A DNA stretch of 64,000 nt from an uncultured delta proteobacterium (GCA_963789395.1 CAWBKP010000012.1:224001-288000), one strand, 5' to 3'. Shown: positions 41,883 to 52,713, counted from the stretch's first letter. Notes: generated by a model not told the origin, from the letters alone. Made by a program: numbers and translations.

Positions 41883-43058
41883 TTAGGCCTTCTGGGCCAC
41901 GTTTGCGCCCATGAGTCCCTGGGGGCGGAAAATGAGCACCAGTATCAGGATACTGAAGGCAAAGATGTCCTTGTATTCGGTGCCGGCCGCACCCATGGTA
42001 AAAACACCCATATAGGAGCCGGCATAGGTTTCCAGCATGCCGAGAACGATGCCGCCAAGAAGCGCCCCGGTCATGTTGCCGATACCACCCAGTACCGCGG
42101 CAGTAAAAGCTTTGAGGCCGGGGAAAAATCCGACGAAGGCGTCGATCCGGGTAAATTTCAGGGCATATAAAACACCCGCGGCCCCACCCAGCATACCACC
42201 GACCAGAAATGTGAGCGAGATGATCCGGTTCACATCAATACCCATCAGGCTGGCAGTCGGATGGTCCTGGGCAACCGCGCGAATGGCCTTGCCGACCTTT
42301 GTCGCATTGACCAGATAGTTCAGCGCCATCAGCATCAGAACCGCCGAAACAATAACAATGATCGATTTGATTGACACGCCGAGGGTGATATTGGTTGCCC
42401 CCATGGACATTTTTCCAAGGATTACGCGACGATCGAAATTCCCGAAAGTGGGAAAAATCCTGTTGAACTGTCCGGTTGTCAGACTTTCCACGAGACGGAT
42501 CATATCCTGCAACAAAAATGATACACCGATTGCAGAAATCAGCGGCACCAGGCGTGAGGCATGACGCAGCGGTCTATATGCCACGCGCTCCACGGCGACA
42601 GCCAGCCCACCTGCTACCAACATGCCGCCGATGATAGCCAGAATCAGATACACATAAGCCATGACCAGAGATGCGCCTGCCAGAATTCCGAATTTATCGA
42701 GTGCAATCAGTATTTCTACCCCGACAAACGCGCCGACAGCAAAAATTTCACTGTGTGCGAAGTTGATAAATTCCAGAACACCGTACACCATGGTGTAACC
42801 CAGGGCGATGGCGGCATAGACAAAGCCGATCGTCAGTCCATCTATCGCCACCTGGGGAAGATTGACCAGGGTATAGGTATAGAGCGTGACGTTCATCCGT
42901 CCAAAAAGTGTCTGTCCTACCACGGTCTTGTCCAGAATCAGGGCCAGAACCAGGACGATGGCTGATAGAACGACCGTGGTGCCCAATGAAAAAAAGACCA
43001 TCTGGCCCAGTGGACGCATCAACTCATTGACGTTGATTGATTTAATAAACCGTTTCAT
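41883..43058 (-). CDS. livH: Branched-chain amino-acid ABC permease
   Basis: ALGYTMVYGVLEFINFAH, KAFTAAVLGGIG and RPQGLMG. Confidence 0.92.
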   Translation of the reverse strand: MKRFIKSINVNELMRPLGQMVFFSLGTTVVLSAIVLVLALILDKTVVGQTLFGRMNVTLYTYTLVNLPQVAIDGLTIGFVYAAIALGYTMVYGVLEFINFAHSEIFAVGAFVGVEILIALDKFGILAGASLVMAYVYLILAIIGGMLVAGGLAVAVERVAYRPLRHASRLVPLISAIGVSFLLQDMIRLVESLTTGQFNRIFPTFGNFDRRVILGKMSMGATNITLGVSIKSIIVIVSAVLMLMALNYLVNATKVGKAIRAVAQDHPTASLMGIDVNRIISLTFLVGGMLGGAAGVLYALKFTRIDAFVGFFPGLKAFTAAVLGGIGNMTGALLGGIVLGMLETYAGSYMGVFTMGAAGTEYKDIFAFSILILVLIFRPQGLMGANVAQKA

Positions 43059-43078
43059 ATGTGAACCCGATAAAAAAT

Positions 43079-43116
43079 CTTCCGGCACCCTTCATGAACA
43101 GGAAAGGGGCCGGAAG
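43079..43116 (-). terminator. Hairpin between livK and livH (attenuator or mRNA stabiliser)
   Basis: cttccggcaccctt...aaggggccggaag imperfect inverted repeat just downstream of the livK stop. Confidence 0.5.
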
Positions 43117-43132
43117 GGGTGACTGGGAAGGA

Positions 43133-44323
43133 TTATTTCGGCGGAGCGATATCGAGGGTCTCAACGACCGGGTTATCGTTCCATTTTGCAGGATCAGCAG
43201 TGGCGACTTTGATCACGAAATATTTTGCAACCGTCGGATCGCCGATGCCGTTAAAGGTAAACGTTCCGGTAATGCCGGAGTAGTCCTTCAAAGCGCGGAT
43301 TGCCTTGGTAACTTCCGCTCGGGTCGGGACCTTGTTGCCGTTCGCTTTGGCGGCGGCCTCGATGGCTTTCAGACAGATGGCCATTGAATCATAACCCTGG
43401 GCCGCAAAAGGTTGCGGTGCAGCATTGTATTTGGCTTTGAAGTCAGCGACAAATTTGGCGGTACCGGGATAAATGGTGGCAGGGCCGGATACGGTGGAGT
43501 AAAAAGTTCCGCCACCGTCAAGCAGTGTCTGTCCGCCGATCTTAACCGCATCGGAAGAGTCAAAACCATCATCGCTCAGGAACATGCCCATGTATCCTTT
43601 TTCACGGGCCTGTTTGAACAGGACGGCAGCCTGGGAATACATGCCGCCGAAGTAAACCAGATCGGGGTTACCGGCAAGGATCGGGGAGAGCAGCGGATCG
43701 AAATTGGCTTTCTCTTCTGTGCCTTCAAAACCCTGAACTTTCATGCCTTTTTCCTCGGCTCTTTTTTTGAAGAACTCGGCAATGCCCTGTCCGTAAGCCG
43801 TTTTGTCATGGACAACAAAGACGCTCTTTGCTTTTTTTCCAGCGGCAAAGTCGGCACCGACAACCCCTTGAACGTCATCGCGACCGACGATACGGTTGAC
43901 TTCCATATAGCCGCGGGTGGTGACCTTCGGGTTGGTGTTGGCAGGAGAAACATTAGCCAGGCCGGAGGTGTGATAAACTTCAGAGGACGGAATCTGGACG
44001 CCGGAATTGTAATGCCCGACGACAGCCAGAATTGCAGGATCGGAGACGATACGTTTGGCATTGGCGACACCGGCGTCGGGATTGGCCTGATCATCAAACG
44101 GGGCCAGTTCGACCTTGATTCCCATTTTTGCCAGTGGTCCGCCCAATTGCTCGAGAGCCATCTCGGCGCCACGTTTGATATCAACACCGACAACGGACTG
44201 GTCACCGGAGAGCGGTGACTGGGTAGCAATCTTGATGACCTGATCGGCAGCAGCAACAGAGCCGCTGATGACCATTCCTACTGCGATTAGTAACGATAAA
44301 ACAACCAATAAGCGTTTAGTCAT
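43133..44323 (-). CDS. livK: Branched-chain amino-acid ABC substrate-binding protein
   Basis: Signal peptide, IATQSPLSG, VVGHYNSG and HDKTAYGQG; ATG 44323 after AAGGAG. Confidence 0.92.
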   Translation of the reverse strand: MTKRLLVVLSLLIAVGMVISGSVAAADQVIKIATQSPLSGDQSVVGVDIKRGAEMALEQLGGPLAKMGIKVELAPFDDQANPDAGVANAKRIVSDPAILAVVGHYNSGVQIPSSEVYHTSGLANVSPANTNPKVTTRGYMEVNRIVGRDDVQGVVGADFAAGKKAKSVFVVHDKTAYGQGIAEFFKKRAEEKGMKVQGFEGTEEKANFDPLLSPILAGNPDLVYFGGMYSQAAVLFKQAREKGYMGMFLSDDGFDSSDAVKIGGQTLLDGGGTFYSTVSGPATIYPGTAKFVADFKAKYNAAPQPFAAQGYDSMAICLKAIEAAAKANGNKVPTRAEVTKAIRALKDYSGITGTFTFNGIGDPTVAKYFVIKVATADPAKWNDNPVVETLDIAPPK

Positions 44324-44555
44324 ACTCCTTCCTCCTTTGTATTCAATTAGTCGGTTCAAACATCCCAAAAAATACTTCCCGCAAGTAACGTTCCTGGACA
44401 GTGATGCATACCCATTCGATTCGAAAAAGTCAAGCAGAGTCACCGCTATTGTTCAAAAAATATCTGAGGTTTTTTGAATAAAATCCAAACCGATGGTCAT
44501 GAGAGAAATTAAAATGGATGGATGTGATAGAATACATGGATCCGGGCTGACTTAT

Positions 44556-45818
44556 TCAATTGACAAATTCTGACCTGTTCTGCAACACCGCAATAATCTG
44601 TTTTCCCACCGCCTCGATCTGCCAGGTTTTAATTCCCTCAATGTCGTAAAGCGCTTCAAGTTGTTGCGGGTTTTTCTGAGAAATGGCGGTAATCAGCGCA
44701 TTGTTACACAAAAGACCCGGTTCGATCTCCAGATAAGTTGCAGCAGATTCGCGCCATTTTTTAAGTACCGCTATTCGTGCTGAAATTTGCGCATCCGGAA
44801 TCGGTTCATGGCTTCTGGGATAGACAGGCAGGAGTGAAGGATCAATTCCCATGGCAGCGTGAATGGTATTCAGCACCTGTTGGCCGTAACGATTGAGCTG
44901 TTTGATACTCAATACCTCGAGCCTTTTCAGATGTTCCATATCCCGGGGTTTTTCGATTGCCAGTTTCAGCAGTACATGATTGTGAATGACCTGATAAAGC
45001 GGCCTGTCGATTTTTCTGGCAATTGATTCCCGGAACTCCAGAAGTGCTTCCAGAACTGCAAGCGATCTTCGGCCGAGTCTGCCTGCACCCTTGAATTTCA
45101 AATAACGGGGATCGCGGTTCGGCGGCAGGGTCCGGACAAGGCTCTGAATTTCGCATTCCTGAAGAAACCAGTCCAGGCGACCGGTTTCGATCAATCTTTC
45201 TTCGAGTTTTCTGGATAATGCATTCAGATAAATAGCGTCTTGTGAGGCGTACGCCAGCATATCCTCGGGCAGGGGTCTTTGCGACCAGTCTTTTTTCTGG
45301 AATTTCTTTTCAAGCCGGATATTAAAAAATAAATTCAGTACAGCATCGAGTCCGGTAAATTGCATCCCAAGAAAACGGCAAGCCAGTTGGGTATCGAAAA
45401 GATTTATTACCTCAATGGAAAAATCTTTGTACAGGCAGCGGATGTCATAATCCGACCCATGAAACACTTTCCGGATATCGGGGTTTGCAAAAAACGGTTT
45501 AAGCGGTGAAAGACCACCGGTCTGAAGCGGATCAACCAGAAAGCATGCACGCGGGGTTGCAATCTGAACCAGACAGACCTTTTCCTGATAATGAAACAAG
45601 GAATCGGCTTCAAGATCAACACCAACAATTTCTTCGTTTTCCAGTATGCCGGCTGTTCTTACAAGGTCCTGAAGGGTCGTAATGTTTTGATGCTGGATTT
45701 TGATGAATTGATGAATCGTCGTTTTCCTTTTGTTAAAAACAATCACAAAAACAGGAATATCAGTTACACATGCGCATAACGAAATTTGAAAAAATGCCTC
45801 AAAACTCATAACACGCAA
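44556..45818 (-). CDS. rnd: Ribonuclease D (3'-5' exonuclease plus HRDC domains); true start uncertain and probably downstream
   Basis: VDLEADS, CLVQI, KVFHGSDYD, FDTQLA and DWSQRPL..YA..D. Confidence 0.88.
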   Translation of the reverse strand: MRVMSFEAFFQISLCACVTDIPVFVIVFNKRKTTIHQFIKIQHQNITTLQDLVRTAGILENEEIVGVDLEADSLFHYQEKVCLVQIATPRACFLVDPLQTGGLSPLKPFFANPDIRKVFHGSDYDIRCLYKDFSIEVINLFDTQLACRFLGMQFTGLDAVLNLFFNIRLEKKFQKKDWSQRPLPEDMLAYASQDAIYLNALSRKLEERLIETGRLDWFLQECEIQSLVRTLPPNRDPRYLKFKGAGRLGRRSLAVLEALLEFRESIARKIDRPLYQVIHNHVLLKLAIEKPRDMEHLKRLEVLSIKQLNRYGQQVLNTIHAAMGIDPSLLPVYPRSHEPIPDAQISARIAVLKKWRESAATYLEIEPGLLCNNALITAISQKNPQQLEALYDIEGIKTWQIEAVGKQIIAVLQNRSEFVN

Positions 45819-45907
45819 TTATAAGCTGTGGGTATCTGGTTGATACCAGATCATTTCAGTTTTATATTTAATTTGATTTAAATTTCGAATTGCTATTCAT
45901 GCCTAAA

Positions 45908-47356
45908 TTACAAACCGATTTTGGGTTCGATGTCTTTAACAGTGCATTCAACTGTAATTTTATCCTTGTAACCCGGAGCCACTTTAAGTGAGGCCGGGCT
46001 TAACGCCAGATTAACAATGACGGTTCTGGAAGACTGAATCGACTCCAGTGGAATTTTTTCAGTATAGACAGTGGTGATATTTTTCAACAACTGTCTGCCA
46101 CCAATGATCTGTACCACACTTGGATCTATCTTGACTTTCTCCATTCTCAGATTTTCCGGCAATTTTCCGGTCCAGTCCACCTGAACCGGCAGATCTTTTT
46201 TATCCGGAACATCCAACGTGACATCCACAACAGCCGGCGTAAAACTTTTTATGAAAATGCCAGGTGGCAGGGAAATATTTTCGTTTGTGATGGTATAAAT
46301 ATTCTGCCCGATAACCGATTTGCCCAGATCAATCTTTACCCGCACGTGATCCGGCCTAAGGGCTCTCATCAAGGGGCCGGAACCGCCAAGTTGTATTTTG
46401 ATGCTGTTTACGGAGGCATCGAGAATTTCCATGCCGGGGTTCCGGTTCATATACTCTATCGGCACTTCAAATGTCACCAGGGAGTCCAGGCCTCTGGTAA
46501 TCGTTAACCATACACTGGTAATCAAAACAACGGCAACCATGGCGGCAATACGAAGTTCGATTTTTTCCTTTTTCTGTCTGGACGGATCTTCGATGGCCAG
46601 CCCAAGATGCTTCTGGAGTTGTTTTTCCAGATCGTCTTTTTTCAACACCGGCGTAATCGTTGATCCTTTAACGATCTGTATGGTTCCGCGCTCCTCGGAA
46701 ACCACCACGATCAGCGAATCCGTTGCTTCAGCCAATCCCACCGCGGCACGGTGGCGGGTGCCATAATAGGAAGGCAATTCCTGACGGTGAGACAGGGGGA
46801 GAATGACCCCGACCTCACGAATGCGATCACCTTCGATAACAATGGCTCCATCGTGAACCGGATTGTCTTCCCAGAAAATACTGGTGATCATTTCTTTTGA
46901 AATGACACCATCCCAGAGGACGCCGTTTTGTACCATTTCATTGATGTCTTCCTTGCCGGGAAAAACAATCAAGGCGCCAATTCGCTTTCTGGCCAGATCC
47001 ATGACACTGTCCGCGATGATCTGAACAGGAGTATGGAAAGACTGTTGCGGAAGCCCCCAGAACAACGCCTTGATGTTCTTGACTTGAAGAACATTGCGGA
47101 TTTCGTTTCTAAACACGACAATAATGACTAACGCAGCAACGGCTGTAATACCCTGAATGACCCAGCTTGTCACGATCAGGCCGATTGAAACAGCAATGCG
47201 CTGAAAGATCCACAAAAAAGCGAGTCCGATAAGTATCCGAAATGCATTTGTAATTCTGAATATGACATAACAGCGGAAGAGGATATAACTGTTCAAGGTG
47301 ATATCCACAACATCCTGCCATCGAATACTCTGGAGAAAAATCAGAAAACCATCCAT
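45908..47356 (-). CDS. Diadenylate cyclase (CdaA/DacA type) fused to YbbR (CdaR-like) domains
   Basis: Three N-terminal TM helices, HDGA and GTRHRAA catalytic motifs, VSEERG, a further TM helix and YbbR-like repeats. Confidence 0.9.
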   Translation of the reverse strand: MDGFLIFLQSIRWQDVVDITLNSYILFRCYVIFRITNAFRILIGLAFLWIFQRIAVSIGLIVTSWVIQGITAVAALVIIVVFRNEIRNVLQVKNIKALFWGLPQQSFHTPVQIIADSVMDLARKRIGALIVFPGKEDINEMVQNGVLWDGVISKEMITSIFWEDNPVHDGAIVIEGDRIREVGVILPLSHRQELPSYYGTRHRAAVGLAEATDSLIVVVSEERGTIQIVKGSTITPVLKKDDLEKQLQKHLGLAIEDPSRQKKEKIELRIAAMVAVVLITSVWLTITRGLDSLVTFEVPIEYMNRNPGMEILDASVNSIKIQLGGSGPLMRALRPDHVRVKIDLGKSVIGQNIYTITNENISLPPGIFIKSFTPAVVDVTLDVPDKKDLPVQVDWTGKLPENLRMEKVKIDPSVVQIIGGRQLLKNITTVYTEKIPLESIQSSRTVIVNLALSPASLKVAPGYKDKITVECTVKDIEPKIGL

Positions 47357-47361
47357 AACCC

Positions 47362-47793
47362 TTATTCCGTAACGCTGAATCGAAGAATCTGAAGAATTCG
47401 TCCTTCCGAATCGGTGATTTCTACCCGCCAGGGACCTTTATCCGATTCCCGAAGCTGAATGGCGCTGTATGTCGTCCAACGGGGCGGCATCAGCGAAAGT
47501 TTGACAGTTGTGCTGAGGTTGTCCCGGTTGTACCAGTTATGTGTAATAAATGTCCTTTCAGGTACAGGGTCGAACAGGGTATAGCAGAAAACCCTGCCGA
47601 TGCCGATAGGAAATACAACGCCTTCGAACTGCGGTTGTCGATCCTGGACTTCCTCACACATGACTGCAGTGGCTAAGATCGGTTTCTCCGCCGCCGCAGC
47701 CCTGCTAAGATGTCCTTTGTCACAAAAGGCACCAACGCACAGAAGGATGGCGGCGATAACTATGACCTTCTTCCATTTTATAAAATTCACCAT
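47362..47793 (-). CDS. Exported DUF2914-like protein
   Basis: Signal peptide; VFCYT...HNWY...RWTTYS...GPWRVEI; ATG 47793 after GGAG. Confidence 0.75.
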   Translation of the reverse strand: MVNFIKWKKVIVIAAILLCVGAFCDKGHLSRAAAAEKPILATAVMCEEVQDRQPQFEGVVFPIGIGRVFCYTLFDPVPERTFITHNWYNRDNLSTTVKLSLMPPRWTTYSAIQLRESDKGPWRVEITDSEGRILQILRFSVTE

Positions 47794-48274
47794 GTTGACT
47801 CCATAATTGTTGTGTAAATACAGCTGGATAAAATTTTCCGGTTGTCTCAACCCGGTTATCCTCTTGCTTTGGATATCCGGAGAAACCCATCACGGGATAA
47901 TTGCTCTGCACCAAAGCCGAAAAACATCTCCAATACAATCTGCAAAATCCAGCATGGGCTCTTGAAATAAAGCGGGAATGGCATCGATATTGAAAATGGA
48001 AAGAACTGATAAACCGGAGATAGGATGAGATTTTTCATGGTAACATGTCAATACGTCATTATTTTACAGTTTTAATTCTGTATGAAAACCACGGGATAGT
48101 CAAGAACGAAAGCTGCGAAATATCAATTGCAAAATCGGATGCATTTTCCTATCATCTTCCAGATCGCATTCTTAATCCGCAAGGGGCGGCGGCGCCTGCA
48201 GGATTTTTTTGTTTGCCGCAAACAAAGACCGGTTCCCTGAATAATTACTTTAAGCCTGGGAGTAATGGATTATC

Positions 48275-49436
48275 ATGACCCATACCAGTAACATCTTTGA
48301 TTTTCATACTGTCATAGACCGCCGAAACACGGCCAGTCTGAAATGGGACAAATACAAAGGCCGCGACATTCTTCCCTTATGGGTCGCGGACATGGATTTC
48401 AAATCTCCCCCGTCAGTTCTGAAGGCTCTCCAGGATAGGGTTGAACATGGCATTTTCGGCTATGCCGTTACGCCGGAAGCGCTTATCGATATTACCGTTT
48501 CAATGCTTTTTGAGCAATATGAATGGCAGGTTCATCCGGACTGGCTGGTCTGGCTTCCCGGACTTGTCACCGGTTTGAACGTCACCTGCAGGGCTGTTGG
48601 AAGTCCCGGCGATGATGTTTTGACAGCCATACCCGTCTATCCGCCATTTTTGTCTGCACCCCTTCATTTTCAGCAAAATATTGTAACGGTGCCGCTGGAA
48701 TCCCGTGATGGAAGATGGGAATTTGATTTTGATAGTCTGGAAAACGCCATCACTCCAAAAACCCGGCTTTTTATGCTTTGCAATCCTCACAACCCTGTCG
48801 GCAGGGTATTTACACGGGATGAACTGCTTCGAATCGCCGCAATCTGCGAAAAACATGATCTGATAATCTGCTCCGACGAAATTCATTGCGGTATGATTCT
48901 GGATTCGGATAAATTTCACATCCCCTTTGCCGTATTGGGAAAAGAGCTCCAGGATCGGACCATCACTTTGATGGCGCCCAGCAAAACTTACAACATTGCC
49001 GGACTGGGTTGCTCCTTTGCCGTCATTTCAAATGCGCAGCTCCGCCGGAGCTTTGTTGCAGGCAATGGCCGGCATCGTCCCCCGAGTAAATGTTCTGGCC
49101 AACACCGCGGCCTTGGCCGCCTATCAGGATACCAGCCAGTGGCTGAATCAGTTGTTAGACTGCCTGAGAGACAACAGGGACCGTGTGTTCTCGTCCGTAT
49201 CTCAAATGAAAGGTTTTTCCATTTGCCATACGGAAGCAACCTATCTTTCCTGGATCGATGCACGGAAATCCGGTTTGGCTGATCCCGCGGTTTTTTTTGA
49301 AAATGCCGGTGTCGGACTGTCCGATGGTGCGGAATTCGGTACCCCCGGATTTCTGCGCTTGAATTTCGGGTGTCCCCGGGCTACATTGGATGAAGCCCTT
49401 GAACGAATGAAATCAGCATTACAGGGCAAGAGATAA
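48275..49436 (+). CDS. PatB/MalY-family PLP-dependent C-S lyase (cystathionine beta-lyase), frameshift near 49055
   Basis: SLKWD, PLWVADMDF, LCNPHNPVG, SDEIH, APSKTYN, ATYLSWID and RLNFGCP. Confidence 0.9.
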
Positions 49437-49477
49437 CGATTTCAGTGACTGAGATGGACAAAAAGGGCTAACAAAAT

Positions 49478-49613
49478 AAATTCGAATATCTAAATCCGAA
49501 ATCGAAAAAAATTCAAAATTCTATTTTCAAAATAACCGAGACCATCCGTTTGGTCACAAACGCTTTTGACTTTTTGTATTTGATCATTGTTTCGGATTTC
49601 GTGCTTCGAATTT
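49478..49613. repeat. MITE-like element with imperfect 24-bp terminal inverted repeats of the heptamer family
   Basis: aaattcgaatatctaaatccgaaa (49478-49501) against tttcggatttcgtgcttcgaattt (49590-49613). Confidence 0.7.
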
Positions 49614-49643
49614 TGAATTTTGATTAAAAAGGTCTGTTTCTGA

Positions 49644-50981
49644 ATGCAGCTTGATACGCTTATCGTAAATGCCATGCTCGTTACGGTTAACCCGGATTTT
49701 GAGATCATCAAAAATGGTTGGGTGGGTATAAAGGACAGGCGAATCGTTATGGTTCAATCCCACCAAACGGATTTACCGCTTCCGAATGCCATTGAAACCG
49801 TTGACGCCGAAGGCGGCATCGTGATGCCGGGACTGGTGAACACCCATACCCATCTTCCCATGACATTGTTTCGCGGCCTGGCTGATGATCTTCCACTGAT
49901 GACATGGCTGAATGATCATATTTTCCCGGCTGAAGCCAACTTCATCCAGCCTGAATTTGTTTACACGGCTACGCTCCTGGCCTGCGCCGAGCTGCTGCTG
50001 TCCGGAACCACAACCTGCTGCGACGGATATTTTTTCGAACACGATTGCGCGCAGGCTGTTTCGCTGTCCGGATTAAGAGCTGTATTGGGCCAGGGCGTAA
50101 TTGACTATCCGGCGCCCGGCGTTCCGGATCCATCCGAAAACACCACAGCTGCAAGCAATTTCATTCATCGCTGGCAAAACGTGACCCCGCTGATCCAGCC
50201 GTCTATTTTCTGTCATTCTCCCTATTCCTGTTCGGAGAAAACTCTTCGGAAGGCAAAGAACATCGCCCATTCCACCGGTGCATTATTTCAGATTCACGCT
50301 GCTGAAACCAGGTTCGAATACGATTTAATTAAAGAACGCCACCGTATGAGTCCCATTGGCTATCTCAACAGTCTGAACATTCTGGATGCCCGCACCATGC
50401 TGGTTCATGCAATCTGTCTGGATGATATGGATATCGACATTGTCGCCCGGTCTGGGGCATCCATCTCCCATACTCCGGAAAGCGCGATGAAACTGGGATC
50501 CGGCATTGCCAGAATTCCGGAATTCTTACAGGCAAATATCCGTGTGGGACTGGGAACCGATGGCTGCGCCAGCAACAATAACCAGGACATGTTTCAGGAA
50601 ATGGACATGGCCGCAAAACTCCATAAGGTTTCAACCCTGAACCCCCAGGCCATGCAGTCCCGAACCGTCCTGGAGATGGCCACCATCGGCGGGGCCAGGG
50701 CCATCGGTCTGGATCATACCGTCGGCTCACTGGAACCGGGAAAACTGGCCGACATCATCATTCTGGATACACATGCCCCGCACCTGACCCCCCTGTATCA
50801 CCCGGAGTCCCACATCGTATATGCGGCAAATGGCTCGGATGTGCGGGACGTGATGGTCAACGGGAAATGGCAGGTGAAAAACCGCAGGCTCGTTTCCCTG
50901 AATCTTGGCGAAATTCTCGATCAGGCACGGGCCGAAGGAAACCGCATTCAACACTGGAGAACCCGCCGTGAAAAGATATGA
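49644..50981 (+). CDS. mtaD: 5'-methylthioadenosine/S-adenosylhomocysteine deaminase-like amidohydrolase
   Basis: PGLVNTHTH, RGLADDLPL..WL, HSPY, IHAAET and GTDGCASNN. Confidence 0.8.
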   Translation: MQLDTLIVNAMLVTVNPDFEIIKNGWVGIKDRRIVMVQSHQTDLPLPNAIETVDAEGGIVMPGLVNTHTHLPMTLFRGLADDLPLMTWLNDHIFPAEANFIQPEFVYTATLLACAELLLSGTTTCCDGYFFEHDCAQAVSLSGLRAVLGQGVIDYPAPGVPDPSENTTAASNFIHRWQNVTPLIQPSIFCHSPYSCSEKTLRKAKNIAHSTGALFQIHAAETRFEYDLIKERHRMSPIGYLNSLNILDARTMLVHAICLDDMDIDIVARSGASISHTPESAMKLGSGIARIPEFLQANIRVGLGTDGCASNNNQDMFQEMDMAAKLHKVSTLNPQAMQSRTVLEMATIGGARAIGLDHTVGSLEPGKLADIIILDTHAPHLTPLYHPESHIVYAANGSDVRDVMVNGKWQVKNRRLVSLNLGEILDQARAEGNRIQHWRTRREKI

Positions 50982-52677
50982 CATCATCCCGTACGCCAGA
51001 GGAGACAAACCAGTTGACCTGCTGTTGACGGATGCAAAAATCATCAATGTATTTTCCGGAGAAATTGTTGAAGACAGCATAGCCATTGCCGGCGGGCGAA
51101 TAGTCGGTATCGGAGACTATCAAGCTGAGCAAATCAGAGATTTATCAGGGCGATTTGTGTCCCCGGGATTTATTGATTCCCATGTTCATATTGAAAGTTC
51201 CATGTCCTGCGTGTCTCAATTTGCCCGTGCCGTTGTTCCGCACGGCACGACAACCGTCGTGGCGGATCCCCATGAAATCGCCAATGTCCTGGGAGCTCTG
51301 GGTATTGAGTACATGCTGAAATCCGCTGAGAATCAGCCCATGAACGTCTATTACTCCCTGTCTTCCTGCGTTCCTGCCACCCTCATGGAAACATCGGGCG
51401 CACGGCTGGACGCGGTTGACCTGATTCCCCTGATGAGTCACGACAGAATTGTGGCGCTGGCCGAAATGATGAATTATCCCGGCGTGATTCATGGCGAGCC
51501 GGACGTTCTTTCCAAAATCAAACTGGCCAGACAATACCGCAAACCGGTGGATGGCCACTGCCCCGGTCTTTCCGGTAAAGAGCTGAATGCCTATATCGCC
51601 TCCGGCATATCCAGCGATCATGAATGCACCACAGCAGACGAAGCCCGTGAAAAACTCACGGCCGGCATGCATATCTTCATCCGCCAGGGAACCGGCGCCA
51701 GGAATTTGAAGGACCTATTGCCTGTCATCACTCCGAAGACTTATCACCGCATGATGTGGTGTACGGATGATCGGGATCCCCATGATCTGCTCAGCGAAGG
51801 TCACATTGATTCCATGGTTCGAATAGCCATCGCCTCCGGGTTGGATCCGGTTCAGGCAATTCAAATGGCAACCCTCAATCCGGCTGAATATTTCGGACTT
51901 TACCACCTCGGCGCCATCGCTCCGGGCAGGCAGGCTGATCTGGTGGTGTTTTCCGATCTGGATGCCCCGGTGATCGAGCAAGTATACTGCAATGGCTTAT
52001 GCGTTGCCGAAAACGGCGCCATGGCGCCCGACATCTCCATTCCGGAAACACTCGCACTTCCGCGGTCCGTGAGAGTCACCCTTAAAACCCTTGATTTTTC
52101 CATTCCCCTGGCCGGAAACCGCATTCGGGTGATCGAAATTGTTCCGGATCAACTGATCACGGGATTGAAGGTCGCGACGCCAACCGTATTCGAAAATACC
52201 GTGATCTCAGATCCGGACCGGGATATCCTGAAAATCGCCGCCGTGGAACGGCACAGTGGATCGGGAAAAATCGGTAAGGGATTCGTGAAAGGATTCGGGC
52301 TTAAGCAGGGGGCCATTGCTTCCAGCGTTGCCCATGATTCCCACAACATCATCGTGGTAGGGGTCACCGATGAAGACATGAAGACGGCTGTTAAAGCCGT
52401 TGTTCTCATGGGAGGCGGCCTGGCCGTGGTATCCGGCGGCAGGCCCATCGCAAAACTTTCTCTTCCCATAGCCGGCCTGATGTCTCCGGAACCGGTTCAT
52501 GCCGTACGGAACCATCTTGATCGCCTGCTGGCCTGCGCCCGTGAAATCGGCTCAACCCTTCAAAACCCCTTTATGACCCTTTCTTTTATGTCGTTACCGG
52601 TTATCCCCGAACTGAAGATCACCGACAAAGGACTGGTGGATGTCCGGCGGTTTGAAATCGTGCCTTTGTTTGTATGA
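50968..52677 (+). CDS. ade: Adenine deaminase
   Basis: PGFIDSHVHIESS, DPHEIANV, EMMNYPG, DGHCP, SDHE, CTDD and VAHDSHN; GTG 50968 after GGAG. Confidence 0.93.
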   Translation: MKRYDIIPYARGDKPVDLLLTDAKIINVFSGEIVEDSIAIAGGRIVGIGDYQAEQIRDLSGRFVSPGFIDSHVHIESSMSCVSQFARAVVPHGTTTVVADPHEIANVLGALGIEYMLKSAENQPMNVYYSLSSCVPATLMETSGARLDAVDLIPLMSHDRIVALAEMMNYPGVIHGEPDVLSKIKLARQYRKPVDGHCPGLSGKELNAYIASGISSDHECTTADEAREKLTAGMHIFIRQGTGARNLKDLLPVITPKTYHRMMWCTDDRDPHDLLSEGHIDSMVRIAIASGLDPVQAIQMATLNPAEYFGLYHLGAIAPGRQADLVVFSDLDAPVIEQVYCNGLCVAENGAMAPDISIPETLALPRSVRVTLKTLDFSIPLAGNRIRVIEIVPDQLITGLKVATPTVFENTVISDPDRDILKIAAVERHSGSGKIGKGFVKGFGLKQGAIASSVAHDSHNIIVVGVTDEDMKTAVKAVVLMGGGLAVVSGGRPIAKLSLPIAGLMSPEPVHAVRNHLDRLLACAREIGSTLQNPFMTLSFMSLPVIPELKITDKGLVDVRRFEIVPLFV

Positions 52678-52713
52678 CGCGGATCCCCGTTTACTCACCC
52701 AGGCACTGATCGC

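Noticed and set aside
47850..48274. c-di-AMP (ydaO) or SAM riboswitch between the DUF2914/cyclase operon and patB
   Set aside because: I could not find the conserved cores of either riboswitch by eye; an Rfam/Infernal scan would settle it.
49478..49613. CRISPR array reading of the heptamer repeats
   Set aside because: No regularly spaced identical repeats with unique spacers, and no cas genes.
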